Virus record (IMG/VR): IMGVR_UViG_3300049049_000041
Location: 1-40,121 of that record
DNA length: 40,121 nucleotides
Source of the DNA: a virus
Taxonomy: Duplodnaviria > Caudoviricetes
Direction: 5' to 3' (one strand)
Shown: positions 25,881 to 35,715 of the stretch, one piece after another
How positions within the stretch are numbered: the stretch's first letter is position 1
Layout: each line of letters begins with the position of its first letter
The notes under the pieces: model-generated
Databases searched by the model: none
Told to the model about the DNA's origin: nothing
Seen by the model: only the letters and a program-made list of their open reading frames with translations
Translations under genes and position numbers: made by a program

Positions 25881-28800
25881 ATGGCTGATACGCTCGAAAG
25901 GGCTCTGTATCTGCTGCGTCAGGGTGGTGCGGGATTGGCTGAAAACTTTCTCGCACCGCCAGCAGCAGAAGGAGTGCAAAAGTTCGTACCCAATGCTCTG
26001 TATGGCCTGTATGGTCTAGCAGACATGGGCACTAACTATATCACTGGTAAGCATCTACCCGGCGGAGAGAGATCAATGGAACTCTTTCAGTCTGGTATTG
26101 ATGCTGCAAATCAAATGGCCGGTGTATCTGATCCCACTGATTACGTAGAGAACATCTATCGTATCGGTGTGCCTGCTGTTGTGCCTCTACCAAAACTGCC
26201 TCCTGCTTCTTCTCTTGCCGGTAATATTGCTAGAACTACCGCAGAAGTGCTTTTGCCTGCCACACAAACTAACAGCAAAATTGCCCTAGGTGCTTCTATT
26301 GCTGTTCCTGTTGCAGCAAGTGAAGCTATTGCCGAATTTATGCCTATTCCAGATGAAATATACCACAGTGCTACGGATGCAATCAGCGGTAAGCCGAATA
26401 TCACTGATGATTTTCAGCCTATTCCTGACTTTGCATTAAATATACCTACTGAAAACACTATTCCTTTTCCAGCACGCAAACCACAGATCATTGATCCAAT
26501 GATTTCTATGGCTGCGGACGGCTTTGTTCCTATTGATCCTGTTGATTTTGAGAAGGAAGAGCAAGAAGCAGACATTACTGCAAGTATTATGACGGCTGGT
26601 GCTGTTGGTCTTGCATTGCTTGGCGGCGCTGTTGCTGCAAGAAAGCTTATTCGTGGTAATGCTCCTGCTCCTAGTGAACTTACTGGCATTGTTGATGTTC
26701 CTGATAATACATCAATGGCAGCAAAAATTGATGCAGGACTTTTTGACGCCAATGCACCTACGTATGATGCAGTTAAGAAAGTTGATCCCACACGCCTTGA
26801 CCAGTTTCAGGCAGATTTGGCGACAACTGTCACTCCGAATGCTCTTGCAGCCCGTGTTGCTGATGCAGCATTTACGGGCGAACTACCTAATTCAGGTATA
26901 CGCACTACTAAACTAGCTACTCATCTAGAAACACTTGCCAAACTTAGCCAAGATGAGTTGGGTATTTACAATGATGGACTGATTGCTGGTACTAAAGCTG
27001 AACAGATGATTAGAGAAGGTAATCATGTTTGGGAAAACCAGACGATTGCGTCTCTCAGTCAGAAATGGCAAGATGCTCGCAATAATCCTAATGTTGGTAA
27101 ACTAATTGATGAAGTTCATAACTTCTATGCAGCTATGCGCGACTATATGAACTATGGCGGGCTAATTTCTGCTGCTAGAAAGGCTGAGCTAGACGCACAA
27201 TATCGATACTATGTACCAACGGCTAAGCAGTTTGGTGATGATCCATACTTTAAGGTGTTTGCCGATGAACAAGCACCTAAGCAAATCACTGGCTTTGAAA
27301 ACTTGCTAAATAGGGCCAACCTAGATGCAGGTTTGAAGCCGGGAGAGCTAGCACGTCCTAGTGATATGCATCTTGCATACCTTCATCAAGCTATTCGTTA
27401 TGTTGAAAGCAATCGCATCAGGCGTGAGTTCTTCGACATTATGGATAGCATGCCTAATGGTAAGCAATTTGCTAAAGTAGTGGGTGCTCCTAATGACAGA
27501 ACTATCACTGTTCGTCGGAATGGTCAGCCTATACATTATCAAGTGGCTAATCCTGTTCTGCGTGCTGCTCTAGAACTGCGGCCAGCAATGGTTATGCCTA
27601 TTGTTAACAGTGCTCGTAAGCTATTGCAGCATGGTTCTACAGGAGCACTGCGTCCTGACTTCTTGCCCGTTGGTATGGCTTATGAGACAATGACTGCTGC
27701 TGTTACTAGGCCATCGCATCGTAGTATGGGACTTATCATTCAGGCTCTTAAAGCTGCTGGCGTTGGTGATAGTGCTGCTACTAAAATTAACAATGCAATG
27801 CTTGTCGATCCTACTATTGTACTAGCTCCTCTGACAGGATCGGTACGCGGTATTTATGGAGAACTTGCTAAGCGAGCGTCTATTGCTGCTGAAGTATCTA
27901 TGCAGACGAATGGCACACTGCAAAAGTTGCTCGGTCCACAAGGCACACAAAAACTTGCTGACATTGCTGGTCGAGCATATGAACGTAGCACTGTTCGACT
28001 AATGCAGCGATATGGTGGGGCTAATTCTACATTGTTAGAGCATGAGATCAAGCAGAAGCCTGTTGTTGATCTTGCAGAAATTGCTCCTAACTTTGCCGAC
28101 GCTACTAGCTCTATTGGCGACGCTGCCAAGGTAAAAGCCTTGTGGCGTGGTTATCACTTCTTGTTGAACACCATGCACAATTCTATTAAGATTGAGTTTG
28201 CTGCCAACAATCTGCGTCCCAATATGTCTTGGCAACAGCAGCAACGAGTTATGAATGACACCCGTAAGCTGACTGGTGATACTACAGCACATGGAGCATG
28301 GCAAGTACAGCAAGTAATGAATAACTCTGCACCTTACTGGAATATCTTTTGGCAGGTGCTTAAGGCCCATAGCAAGGCATTCAAGGATCATCCTGGTCGT
28401 TATATGACCACTATTGCTGCAATGAATGTTGGTGGTGCTGCTCTGCTTATGGAACAGTTCCATGATAATATCTTTGCTATGGCTGACTATTGGTCATGGA
28501 CGCCTGAACAGAGATCTGAGAAGTTGCCTATTTACAATGATGATGGTGAAGTCGTTTGGGAAATCCCTGTTGAACATCAGTTTCGTCTAGTCTGGTCGCC
28601 ATTCGTAGAAATGTTTGGAGCTTTGACTGGCATGAAAGCTGGTGTGCCTTTGCCTGATGCCTCTGTAGATCGTATGCGTCATGCGTTCTATAGTGCCCTA
28701 GACGGCGAGCGTTGGGGCTCTGCTATGAGTGATACACTCTCTATGCAGGATCTATCACAAGGCTTTAAGTCTGCTGTCGGCTCATTCCTGCCTGATCCTA

Positions 28801-29627
28801 TTGGACCTTCTATCTCTGCACCAGCCGCATTGCTTGGTATTGATCCTTCTCTTACCTCACCACTCGAAGGACGATATCAGGCACGTACGCTATTCAATCA
28901 GCGTATCAATGCAGAAGACAGCGGACGTGTTGCAGATAGGTTCATCAGTGGTAATGTAGAAAATATGCTTCATGAGCTTGTTGGTAGTTCTGCTGCGCCT
29001 ATGATTGAAGCTATAGATGCATATATCCGGCTGGATGATGCAGGCTTTGATATGAACAAGGCTCTTGCTGGTGCTAAGGATGCACTTCTGGAACAGCCCA
29101 AGGATCGCCTTACTGCTGCTGGTGGGCCGATGCTGTGGGATTGGGATAAGAAGATGCTGACTAATACTGCTGAGGCTAGAATTATCAAAGATAAGTTGGA
29201 TAAACTGACTAGCCTAGAGAAGCTATTGCAACAGTCTCGTGGTGATACAATGGGCAGGCTTAGTGGTCAGCCTGGAGTTGATCCTAGAACATTCTATGTT
29301 CCTGAGAATATCAGAGGCTCTGAACTAGGTACTGTAGCTAATGCGTTGTATCCAACTATTCAGTGGCTAAACCGTCAGCATAGACCTGTTATTCAGGATA
29401 TGTTTAAGAAACTAGACGAATTGAAAGCTAGTCCTACTCTTGCAGGCGATGCAGCTACTAGGCGTCGTATGGAGAATGAACTAGTTATGCAAATTAGACA
29501 GAAGTATGCTACTACTCTTGAATGGCTAGAAGAACAAGAAGATGCACTAGGCAATGTTCTCGGTATTCCTGATTTTAGGATTGAGGATATTGATATAGAG
29601 GCACTGAAACAGCAACCTGTACAATAA
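25881..29627 (+). CDS. Large internal virion (ejection) protein
   Basis: 1248 aa, Cys-free, Ala-rich, last gene of structural arm. Confidence 0.75.
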   Translation: MADTLERALYLLRQGGAGLAENFLAPPAAEGVQKFVPNALYGLYGLADMGTNYITGKHLPGGERSMELFQSGIDAANQMAGVSDPTDYVENIYRIGVPAVVPLPKLPPASSLAGNIARTTAEVLLPATQTNSKIALGASIAVPVAASEAIAEFMPIPDEIYHSATDAISGKPNITDDFQPIPDFALNIPTENTIPFPARKPQIIDPMISMAADGFVPIDPVDFEKEEQEADITASIMTAGAVGLALLGGAVAARKLIRGNAPAPSELTGIVDVPDNTSMAAKIDAGLFDANAPTYDAVKKVDPTRLDQFQADLATTVTPNALAARVADAAFTGELPNSGIRTTKLATHLETLAKLSQDELGIYNDGLIAGTKAEQMIREGNHVWENQTIASLSQKWQDARNNPNVGKLIDEVHNFYAAMRDYMNYGGLISAARKAELDAQYRYYVPTAKQFGDDPYFKVFADEQAPKQITGFENLLNRANLDAGLKPGELARPSDMHLAYLHQAIRYVESNRIRREFFDIMDSMPNGKQFAKVVGAPNDRTITVRRNGQPIHYQVANPVLRAALELRPAMVMPIVNSARKLLQHGSTGALRPDFLPVGMAYETMTAAVTRPSHRSMGLIIQALKAAGVGDSAATKINNAMLVDPTIVLAPLTGSVRGIYGELAKRASIAAEVSMQTNGTLQKLLGPQGTQKLADIAGRAYERSTVRLMQRYGGANSTLLEHEIKQKPVVDLAEIAPNFADATSSIGDAAKVKALWRGYHFLLNTMHNSIKIEFAANNLRPNMSWQQQQRVMNDTRKLTGDTTAHGAWQVQQVMNNSAPYWNIFWQVLKAHSKAFKDHPGRYMTTIAAMNVGGAALLMEQFHDNIFAMADYWSWTPEQRSEKLPIYNDDGEVVWEIPVEHQFRLVWSPFVEMFGALTGMKAGVPLPDASVDRMRHAFYSALDGERWGSAMSDTLSMQDLSQGFKSAVGSFLPDPIGPSISAPAALLGIDPSLTSPLEGRYQARTLFNQRINAEDSGRVADRFISGNVENMLHELVGSSAAPMIEAIDAYIRLDDAGFDMNKALAGAKDALLEQPKDRLTAAGGPMLWDWDKKMLTNTAEARIIKDKLDKLTSLEKLLQQSRGDTMGRLSGQPGVDPRTFYVPENIRGSELGTVANALYPTIQWLNRQHRPVIQDMFKKLDELKASPTLAGDAATRRRMENELVMQIRQKYATTLEWLEEQEDALGNVLGIPDFRIEDIDIEALKQQPVQ

Positions 29628-29628
29628 C

Positions 29629-29667
29629 AAAAAGCCCCTAGCCTCGTAATGAGACTAGGGGCTTTTT
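29629..29667. terminator. Bidirectional terminator between convergent arms
   Basis: AAAAAGCCCCTAG...CTAGGGGCTTTTT. Confidence 0.95.
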
Positions 29668-29669
29668 CT

Positions 29670-29894
29670 TTAGTTACTCTTCACAATTCTATAACCGCTG
29701 CCAGAAAGAACATCACTATCATGAATTAAATTTGCTAGTTGCTCTTGTGCCTTTCGGATTTCATTCTTTAGTTTATTGTTATAAATAACAGCATCATCAA
29801 CAGATTGTTGTGCTTGCAGTTGTTCATTTCTTAGACGTTTTATTTTAGCCAAAACACTTTCAATTGTTTCAGGTGCTATTTCTTCGTTTTGCAT
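29670..29894 (-). CDS. Coiled-coil hypothetical protein
   Basis: Heptad pattern; last gene of replication arm. Confidence 0.65.
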   Translation of the reverse strand: MQNEEIAPETIESVLAKIKRLRNEQLQAQQSVDDAVIYNNKLKNEIRKAQEQLANLIHDSDVLSGSGYRIVKSN

Positions 29895-30084
29895 GTCTCT
29901 TTTTCATCCTTGCTATTAGCCGTATACGCTCTAGCTGAATGTCAATCTGCATGATAGCAAGCTGAGCGTCCTGTCTACGGCATTCTAGTTGCTTAATCTT
30001 TGCGGTTACGTCTTCAAGCTCAGCCTCAAAGCGTTGCTTGTCTTCTAAAAGCCTAGGCCACAACCTGCTATCAGCAGTAGACAT
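29869..30084 (-). CDS. Coiled-coil hypothetical protein
   Basis: Coupled to dUTPase stop. Confidence 0.65.
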   Translation of the reverse strand: MSTADSRLWPRLLEDKQRFEAELEDVTAKIKQLECRRQDAQLAIMQIDIQLERIRLIARMKKRHAKRRNST

Positions 30085-30530
30085 TAGTGTGTACCAGTAG
30101 AACCCAACCCACCTTCACCGCGTTCTGTGTTGCTGAGTTCTTCCACAGGATAAAGTGACACACGGATAAAAGGCATGATTACAGCTTGTGCAATACGATC
30201 GCCTCTCTTGATTTCAAAAGGTTTGTATCCGTGATTGATCAGTGTAACAAAGATTTCTCCTCTGTAATCACTATCAATGGTACCAGGAGAATTCAAAACA
30301 GTTATACCATGATGCGCTGCAAGACCGCTACGAGGACGGACTTCCATCTGCAAAGTTTTTGGTAGTTCCACAGCAAAACCGCAAGGAATAATGCAAGTAG
30401 CACCAGGAAAAAGGTTAAATTTGTCATAGTCGAACAAACAAGCACGAAGATCGAAACCAGCAGACCCCTCAGTGGCATATGCAAGGTCGCCCCACGTACG
30501 ATCATAGTTGGGAAGATACTTGATGAACAT
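30084..30530 (-). CDS. dut: dUTPase (trimeric type)
   Basis: AGFDL, PRSG, GTIDSDYRGE, GDRIAQ, RGEGGLGSTG motifs. Confidence 0.97.
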   Translation of the reverse strand: MFIKYLPNYDRTWGDLAYATEGSAGFDLRACLFDYDKFNLFPGATCIIPCGFAVELPKTLQMEVRPRSGLAAHHGITVLNSPGTIDSDYRGEIFVTLINHGYKPFEIKRGDRIAQAVIMPFIRVSLYPVEELSNTERGEGGLGSTGTH

Positions 30531-30943
30531 TAGTTCTGCACCTTGTTCACGAGGTTGCCATACAACATTGCCTGAAACATAACAATGCGATCACGCTTAT
30601 CCAGAAGGTTCAACTCCTTTGCAACATGAGTAGCTGCCATGAACTTTGCAAAGAAGCTCTCACTGCTGGTCATGATGAGATTGTATTCATCAAGACGATA
30701 GGAGTGAAAGCGATCTTCAACAGGCGGTCGCGTTTCTGGTGCAATGTTTGATCCGAGCATTGTCCAATTAGACAAATCGAGTGCTTCTAGAAGATTAGCC
30801 ATCTTCTTTTCAGGCACAAATACTAAATAGTCGATATCTGTGTCTTCGGGAGGAGGATTGCATGTAATACGACTGCCAACAGGCTCAATGATGCAGCCAG
30901 GACACACATCATTGATAAGTTTATGGATATCATTCTTGTTCAT
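30530..30943 (-). CDS. Pol-beta-superfamily nucleotidyltransferase
   Basis: VGSR...DTDIDYLV (GS...DxD). Confidence 0.8.
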   Translation of the reverse strand: MNKNDIHKLINDVCPGCIIEPVGSRITCNPPPEDTDIDYLVFVPEKKMANLLEALDLSNWTMLGSNIAPETRPPVEDRFHSYRLDEYNLIMTSSESFFAKFMAATHVAKELNLLDKRDRIVMFQAMLYGNLVNKVQN

Positions 30944-30946
30944 CGA

Positions 30947-31132
30947 TCAATCTCCATAGCTAAGGCAAGTCTTACAGCGACAAGGTCCATCATAGTCATC
31001 AGGATGTTCATCGAACTTCTCAGTCATTTCTAAAAGTTCTTCTTCTACATCCTTGTATTCAGGCTTTTTGAGAAAATAGGCAATATCATCAAAAGTGCCT
31101 TCTTCTCTCAAAGCATTTAGAAATGCGCTCAT
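30947..31132 (-). CDS. Hypothetical protein with C-terminal H/C motif
   Basis: EHPDDYDGPCRCKTCLSY; ATGA coupling suggests start at 31132. Confidence 0.65.
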   Translation of the reverse strand: MSAFLNALREEGTFDDIAYFLKKPEYKDVEEELLEMTEKFDEHPDDYDGPCRCKTCLSYGD

Positions 31133-32391
31133 CGATCTGGCTCCATTCCATTCAGGATCAGTTCCATTGAGTTTTTCGCAAGGATCTGATTGGTTGCACG
31201 CCACACAGTAGCAGGTCTGCCTTGACCAAGCTGTATGCCTTCAAAACGCTGTACCATCTGCAATTCGTGCATGATCTCTAATACTGTAACACAACGACCA
31301 GCATTCATATAATTCTTACACGCTTTTGTCAATGCTGTTTGTGTTGCACCACTAGTTCCAGCCTCAATAAGACACTGCTTAACCTTATCAATACCCAATA
31401 CGAGTTGGCTATTTGACTGACCGCCTGCAAAAATAGATGCACCGTCTTCTTTTACTTGATTAATTACTTTGATTGCAGATGTGATATGTGTTCCTTGAAT
31501 GTCCCAGGATCCATCATTGATCGACAAGCACGCAGCAAGGCGAAGAACGTGACTGTCTTCCCGGCTTTCAAAGGAACTACGAAAGGGGTCACGATGCTCA
31601 CTACGGGAATTGTACCATGCTGTGAACTTCTTGAGGCCAGTATCGTTAAGCTGAATTCTCCTACGGGTAGCTGCAAACTCTCTAATGTGGCGTAGCTCAT
31701 CAATCAGTCTTCCTTTAGCATCTGCAACATTGCTATCATCTGGCCAAGCCACACGTTTCTTTCTTTCCTCGGCAACGACGAATATACATCTGCTAGTGAA
31801 ACCGCCTTCAATAACGTCTGGATTGATAGCCCTAATAAGCCATGCCGGTGTACTTGCAGAGAGGAAGGACACAAACACGTCTCTGATGTTAGTCGGGCCT
31901 CTGGATATGGTACCTCCTCCCGTTTTAATTGCAGCGCAATCATATAGGTCAGTGAGCAAACCGGGCATTGCAGCAGCGTATTTTTCTCGCCCGAGGAAAG
32001 TAACGAGTTCGGAGATACTGATTGCTGCGTGAGCAAAACCATACTTTCTAGTCGCTTCATGTAGTGATAACTCCAATGCCTCTGGCGTCATCTTACTTTC
32101 AACGAGAAGTGTATTATCGTCTAGAACTTCTCGAACCAGTTTGGTAGAAGCAACGACAGATGTACTTTTACGTGTCGTACCGCTCTGTGCCACAAGTATA
32201 ATATACCAATTGAGATAGACAGGTATGCGAGGACGATCAACCACACAATTTCTTCCCGCTGCCACTCCGATAGACCAGATAGCATTCCAGAAATCATAGG
32301 CATGTGGTGTCTCCTGTACGCTCATGTATTGCAGATATCTGCCTACAAAGCTATCAGCAGGTACTAGCTTGGAGTAGTTAACACGGCTCAT
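31129..32391 (-). CDS. DUF3987/YfjI-like P-loop ATPase, putative replicative helicase
   Basis: YIILVAQSGTTRKSTS, ISELVTFL, LTDLYD, GGFTSRCIFV; probable winged-helix C-terminus. Confidence 0.75.
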   Translation of the reverse strand: MSRVNYSKLVPADSFVGRYLQYMSVQETPHAYDFWNAIWSIGVAAGRNCVVDRPRIPVYLNWYIILVAQSGTTRKSTSVVASTKLVREVLDDNTLLVESKMTPEALELSLHEATRKYGFAHAAISISELVTFLGREKYAAAMPGLLTDLYDCAAIKTGGGTISRGPTNIRDVFVSFLSASTPAWLIRAINPDVIEGGFTSRCIFVVAEERKKRVAWPDDSNVADAKGRLIDELRHIREFAATRRRIQLNDTGLKKFTAWYNSRSEHRDPFRSSFESREDSHVLRLAACLSINDGSWDIQGTHITSAIKVINQVKEDGASIFAGGQSNSQLVLGIDKVKQCLIEAGTSGATQTALTKACKNYMNAGRCVTVLEIMHELQMVQRFEGIQLGQGRPATVWRATNQILAKNSMELILNGMEPDR

Positions 32392-32575
32392 GATTTTCTA
32401 GCTGCCGTCTAAAGTATGGTGACATGGGTCTTACATATGGATTGAAGCAGCCGAACTTTATTGTAAAGAACTTCTTCCAATTTACACACTCGGCATAATA
32501 CTCAAGCGTTTGCCAAGATCGTATCATCACTTTCTCCATGCAGAAGGCTAGGCACCATTGCTGATGCCTAGCCAA
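32378..32575 (-). CDS. Hypothetical protein
   Basis: Fills operon gap; start uncertain. Confidence 0.4.
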   Translation of the reverse strand: MARHQQWCLAFCMEKVMIRSWQTLEYYAECVNWKKFFTIKFGCFNPYVRPMSPYFRRQLENHEPC

Positions 32576-32588
32576 GATATGTTGGATA
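32569..32588. promoter_or_regulatory. 20-bp palindromic motif copy
   Basis: TAGCCAA GATATG TTGGATA, right after stop at 32590. Confidence 0.9.
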
Positions 32589-32589
32589 C

Positions 32590-33066
32590 TTAGAACAGCA
32601 AGTTTACAAGAGAAACATGGCTCATATTTGCTGCACGGTTAGAAAGTGACCCACAGGCAGTTACATTGCTTTCCTGTGAATAGATTTGTGCCTTTTTATG
32701 GTTCACTTCTTCCTGATATATAGCGTTAAGTTTATTTACTAGTTCAACCATATCACTCTTAGCAGCCATAAGAATAACAGGGTACTCATTCTTATCAATA
32801 TTCACATCGATGTTACCAATCGATGTAAAATCAATAAGCCTGTGCCCTTCACGAACCTGCTGACAAACATCATCATAGTTCGCCTGATCAACAATCACCT
32901 TGATTACTTCACCATGACCGCGAGCACGAAACTCAACAATGTAAGTCTCTTCTGCATTGGTATGAGGACCTTGATAGCCATCAGACTTGTTCATTTCATC
33001 ATCCTCGCTACTAGTGTATCTATAGCCAACAACCTTTGGTGTATCCATATCTTCATACTTCATCAT
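32590..33066 (-). CDS. Hypothetical protein
   Basis: ATGA overlap with polymerase stop. Confidence 0.7.
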   Translation of the reverse strand: MMKYEDMDTPKVVGYRYTSSEDDEMNKSDGYQGPHTNAEETYIVEFRARGHGEVIKVIVDQANYDDVCQQVREGHRLIDFTSIGNIDVNIDKNEYPVILMAAKSDMVELVNKLNAIYQEEVNHKKAQIYSQESNVTACGSLSNRAANMSHVSLVNLLF

Positions 33067-35606
33067 GCCACCTTCTTGAGTTTGACCAGACTAGACCAAC
33101 GATGATGCCTGTGTGGTGCATCCTCACTCTTATCCCAAATGATTACTTCCTTGCCTTCTTCATTTGTTTCAACACGCCATCCAACAGGTTCACTGACCTT
33201 AAAGTCTGCCGGGATGATAAGGGGCTCACCACGAATAATGATAGGCTGCTCTACGTGCTTCTTTAGAATTGCCGCACAAGTTGCACGATCACTTGGGCGA
33301 ACGAGGGAAATAAGAGCATCATGAATATTAAGAACAACCCTAGCAGCCAACCGCCCGTCACGATAGCGAGGCCATTCAGGATCATCATGGGCCTTATAGA
33401 TGACCGACGCGACATGATCACCTGCCGTAGCTTGTGGCACGAATGCAATAATACTTTCAAGAGCATCATCAGAGAACCGCTCCATCAGCATCCATCGCCT
33501 ACCAAGCGGTGTATAAAGGCACTTGTCCTTCTTCACACGCTCAATAGTTTCTTGCCACCATTCTTGAATTTCAGGATTAGTTCTATGATATAGATGCCAG
33601 TTGCGTTCAGCTTCTTCCAATGTCATGCCAGCAGTTGTGGCAAGACGATCAGGCATCATACGATAATTGAGGCCATGGCGACAACGCTTAGCAGTAAAGC
33701 GAACTGTCTTAGTGCCATCTTCTTCAAAGTCGTATGTGGGCACTTGATCGTACGGAATACCAAACATATCAGAAGCAAGAGCACAGTGTGCATCGTAACT
33801 GCCAGGATTAAGTCTTGCTCTTTCAAACTGCTCTTTCCACTTAGGAATTGGAGCAAGCCAACCAACAATACGAGCTTCAATCTGTGCAGTATCAAAGTAC
33901 AGAAACTCATATCCTTCATCAGCCACAAACATGGTCTGTGAACGAGAAGTCTGGTTCTGCAAGTTCATACCACTGCCCCACATAGTCTGTGAGCTAGATA
34001 GACGGCCGGGGGCTTTAGCAACACCGTATTGTTTATATTCACAGCGCACACGTCCATCATCATCGATAGACATTTCTGCGTATGTGCTGCGGAACTTCTC
34101 TTCTTCTGCGAATTTGTCGATACAATCCAAAACACGTTGGCTAGCTTTGTTCGTACGAGGATGTTGCCTCATACGCTTACGGTTCTCTTCGTTAGTAGAT
34201 GTACCTCTGCCAACTAGATGTAGCCTATTGAATAGCAACTCTTGCAACTGCTTCCATGACTTAGGATTGGGATTGTAGTCTGGATCACCTGTTGCAACAT
34301 GAACAGCATCCCAAAAGTCTTGACGCAACTTATCAACATCTTGCATAAGCTGTGTCGCAATATGATCTTTGAGAGGCGTATCCATCTTTACACCATGCAC
34401 AGTCATATGTACAAGGTGAGGCTGTAGACGCATAACATGATTGAAGAAGAAGCTTTCCATGCCTTGAGAACGCAATTCCTCATGCACCTTCATACTAACA
34501 GCACGAGTGATGCATATGTCTTTGACATTGTATTCCCAAAACTGATTGATATTACCTCCTTCTTTCCAATCTTTACCCTCATCCTTGTAATATGGATGTG
34601 TTGTATACTGTGCCGTAAGAAAACCAAGGTTATGGGGTAGCGATGGATAGAGTGTATGATGTGCTAGAAGCGTATCGATATAAACACACGGCCACCTAAT
34701 ACGATCTTTGCACCATTGAAAGTAAGCGTCAAATGCCCCATTCTGTGCAACCATTTTGACATTAGGCTTGTTAAAAAGCTCTTGTATTGCAAGCCTAATG
34801 TCAACTTCTTCATGAACACTGAAGCGGTTGCGATCTAGATCACGGAAGTTAATGCACATGCCTTCATGATTGTCATCCGATAGACCAAGACATGCAGTTT
34901 CCATGTTAATGACTTCAATATCACCACTGATCGGTAGACCCTTATCAGCAGAGGAAGCCATACGACTGATCCAATCCATTGCTTCTTTGAACGTTGGATT
35001 GATATGTGCTTTGATAAGATAAGGCTCATATTTACCGCTGCGAACCATTGCATACTTGTTAATGTCAAAGTGAAAAATCATCTCCCACTTTGGTTCTTTG
35101 AGTACCATACCAGGGTTAATACAACAAATAGCCTTGACAACACGACCACAATTAAGACGAACATCCAGGACACTGCCCCGCCAATTGGTAATGCCGTCAA
35201 CCCCAACAAGAGCACTGAGAGCATAATTACCGAGAAGTATGACATACTTAAGATTAGGGAGTTGAGATAGTTCCCATTGTAGCATTCCTTCCCAATGATC
35301 TCGTTCATGTGGACTGATCTTATCATTCTCTTCCTTGTCCGTAATTACACGACGCTTAACTGCATATGTAGAGTAGACCTGTCTACGGCCTATATCATGC
35401 TTACGCAACGCATTCCATAGTAGTTCACCGCTACCACCTACAAATGGCATCTTCTTGAGCACTTCACGCTCGCCGGGGCTATCTCCGATGACAGCAGTGT
35501 CAGCATAAAAGACGCCATCTGCTCCACAATCAAATCGTAGATTAGCACCAGCAACTCGCTGAGCCAATTCACGATTAAGTGCTCCAATTGTTACGACTTC
35601 ATTCAT
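33063..35606 (-). CDS. polA: Family A DNA polymerase with N-terminal UDG-like domain and 3'-5' exonuclease
   Basis: GDSPG...PFVGGSG; Exo DIE, QNGAFD, YNVKD; GRLSS; motif A DTAQIEAR; motif B KRCRHGLNY; motif C IHDA. Confidence 0.95.
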   Translation of the reverse strand: MNEVVTIGALNRELAQRVAGANLRFDCGADGVFYADTAVIGDSPGEREVLKKMPFVGGSGELLWNALRKHDIGRRQVYSTYAVKRRVITDKEENDKISPHERDHWEGMLQWELSQLPNLKYVILLGNYALSALVGVDGITNWRGSVLDVRLNCGRVVKAICCINPGMVLKEPKWEMIFHFDINKYAMVRSGKYEPYLIKAHINPTFKEAMDWISRMASSADKGLPISGDIEVINMETACLGLSDDNHEGMCINFRDLDRNRFSVHEEVDIRLAIQELFNKPNVKMVAQNGAFDAYFQWCKDRIRWPCVYIDTLLAHHTLYPSLPHNLGFLTAQYTTHPYYKDEGKDWKEGGNINQFWEYNVKDICITRAVSMKVHEELRSQGMESFFFNHVMRLQPHLVHMTVHGVKMDTPLKDHIATQLMQDVDKLRQDFWDAVHVATGDPDYNPNPKSWKQLQELLFNRLHLVGRGTSTNEENRKRMRQHPRTNKASQRVLDCIDKFAEEEKFRSTYAEMSIDDDGRVRCEYKQYGVAKAPGRLSSSQTMWGSGMNLQNQTSRSQTMFVADEGYEFLYFDTAQIEARIVGWLAPIPKWKEQFERARLNPGSYDAHCALASDMFGIPYDQVPTYDFEEDGTKTVRFTAKRCRHGLNYRMMPDRLATTAGMTLEEAERNWHLYHRTNPEIQEWWQETIERVKKDKCLYTPLGRRWMLMERFSDDALESIIAFVPQATAGDHVASVIYKAHDDPEWPRYRDGRLAARVVLNIHDALISLVRPSDRATCAAILKKHVEQPIIIRGEPLIIPADFKVSEPVGWRVETNEEGKEVIIWDKSEDAPHRHHRWSSLVKLKKVA

Positions 35607-35613
35607 GTGCAGT

Positions 35614-35633
35614 TATCCAAGATGTGTTGGCTA
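35614..35633. promoter_or_regulatory. 20-bp palindromic motif copy
   Basis: TATCCAA GATGTG TTGGCTA, 7 nt before polymerase ATG. Confidence 0.9.
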
Positions 35634-35634
35634 T

Positions 35635-35715
35635 TTAGTTGACTGCATTCCATATGATCCACAGAAAGATCAACACCAAACCAATCTCTAAGATGTTTGA
35701 TGCAATCTCCCCCAT
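35635..35715 (-). CDS. 26-aa hydrophobic peptide (not in ORF track)
   Basis: MGEIASNILEIGLVLIFLWIIWNAVN; TGATG coupling to kinase stop. Confidence 0.45.
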   Translation of the reverse strand: MGEIASNILEIGLVLIFLWIIWNAVN

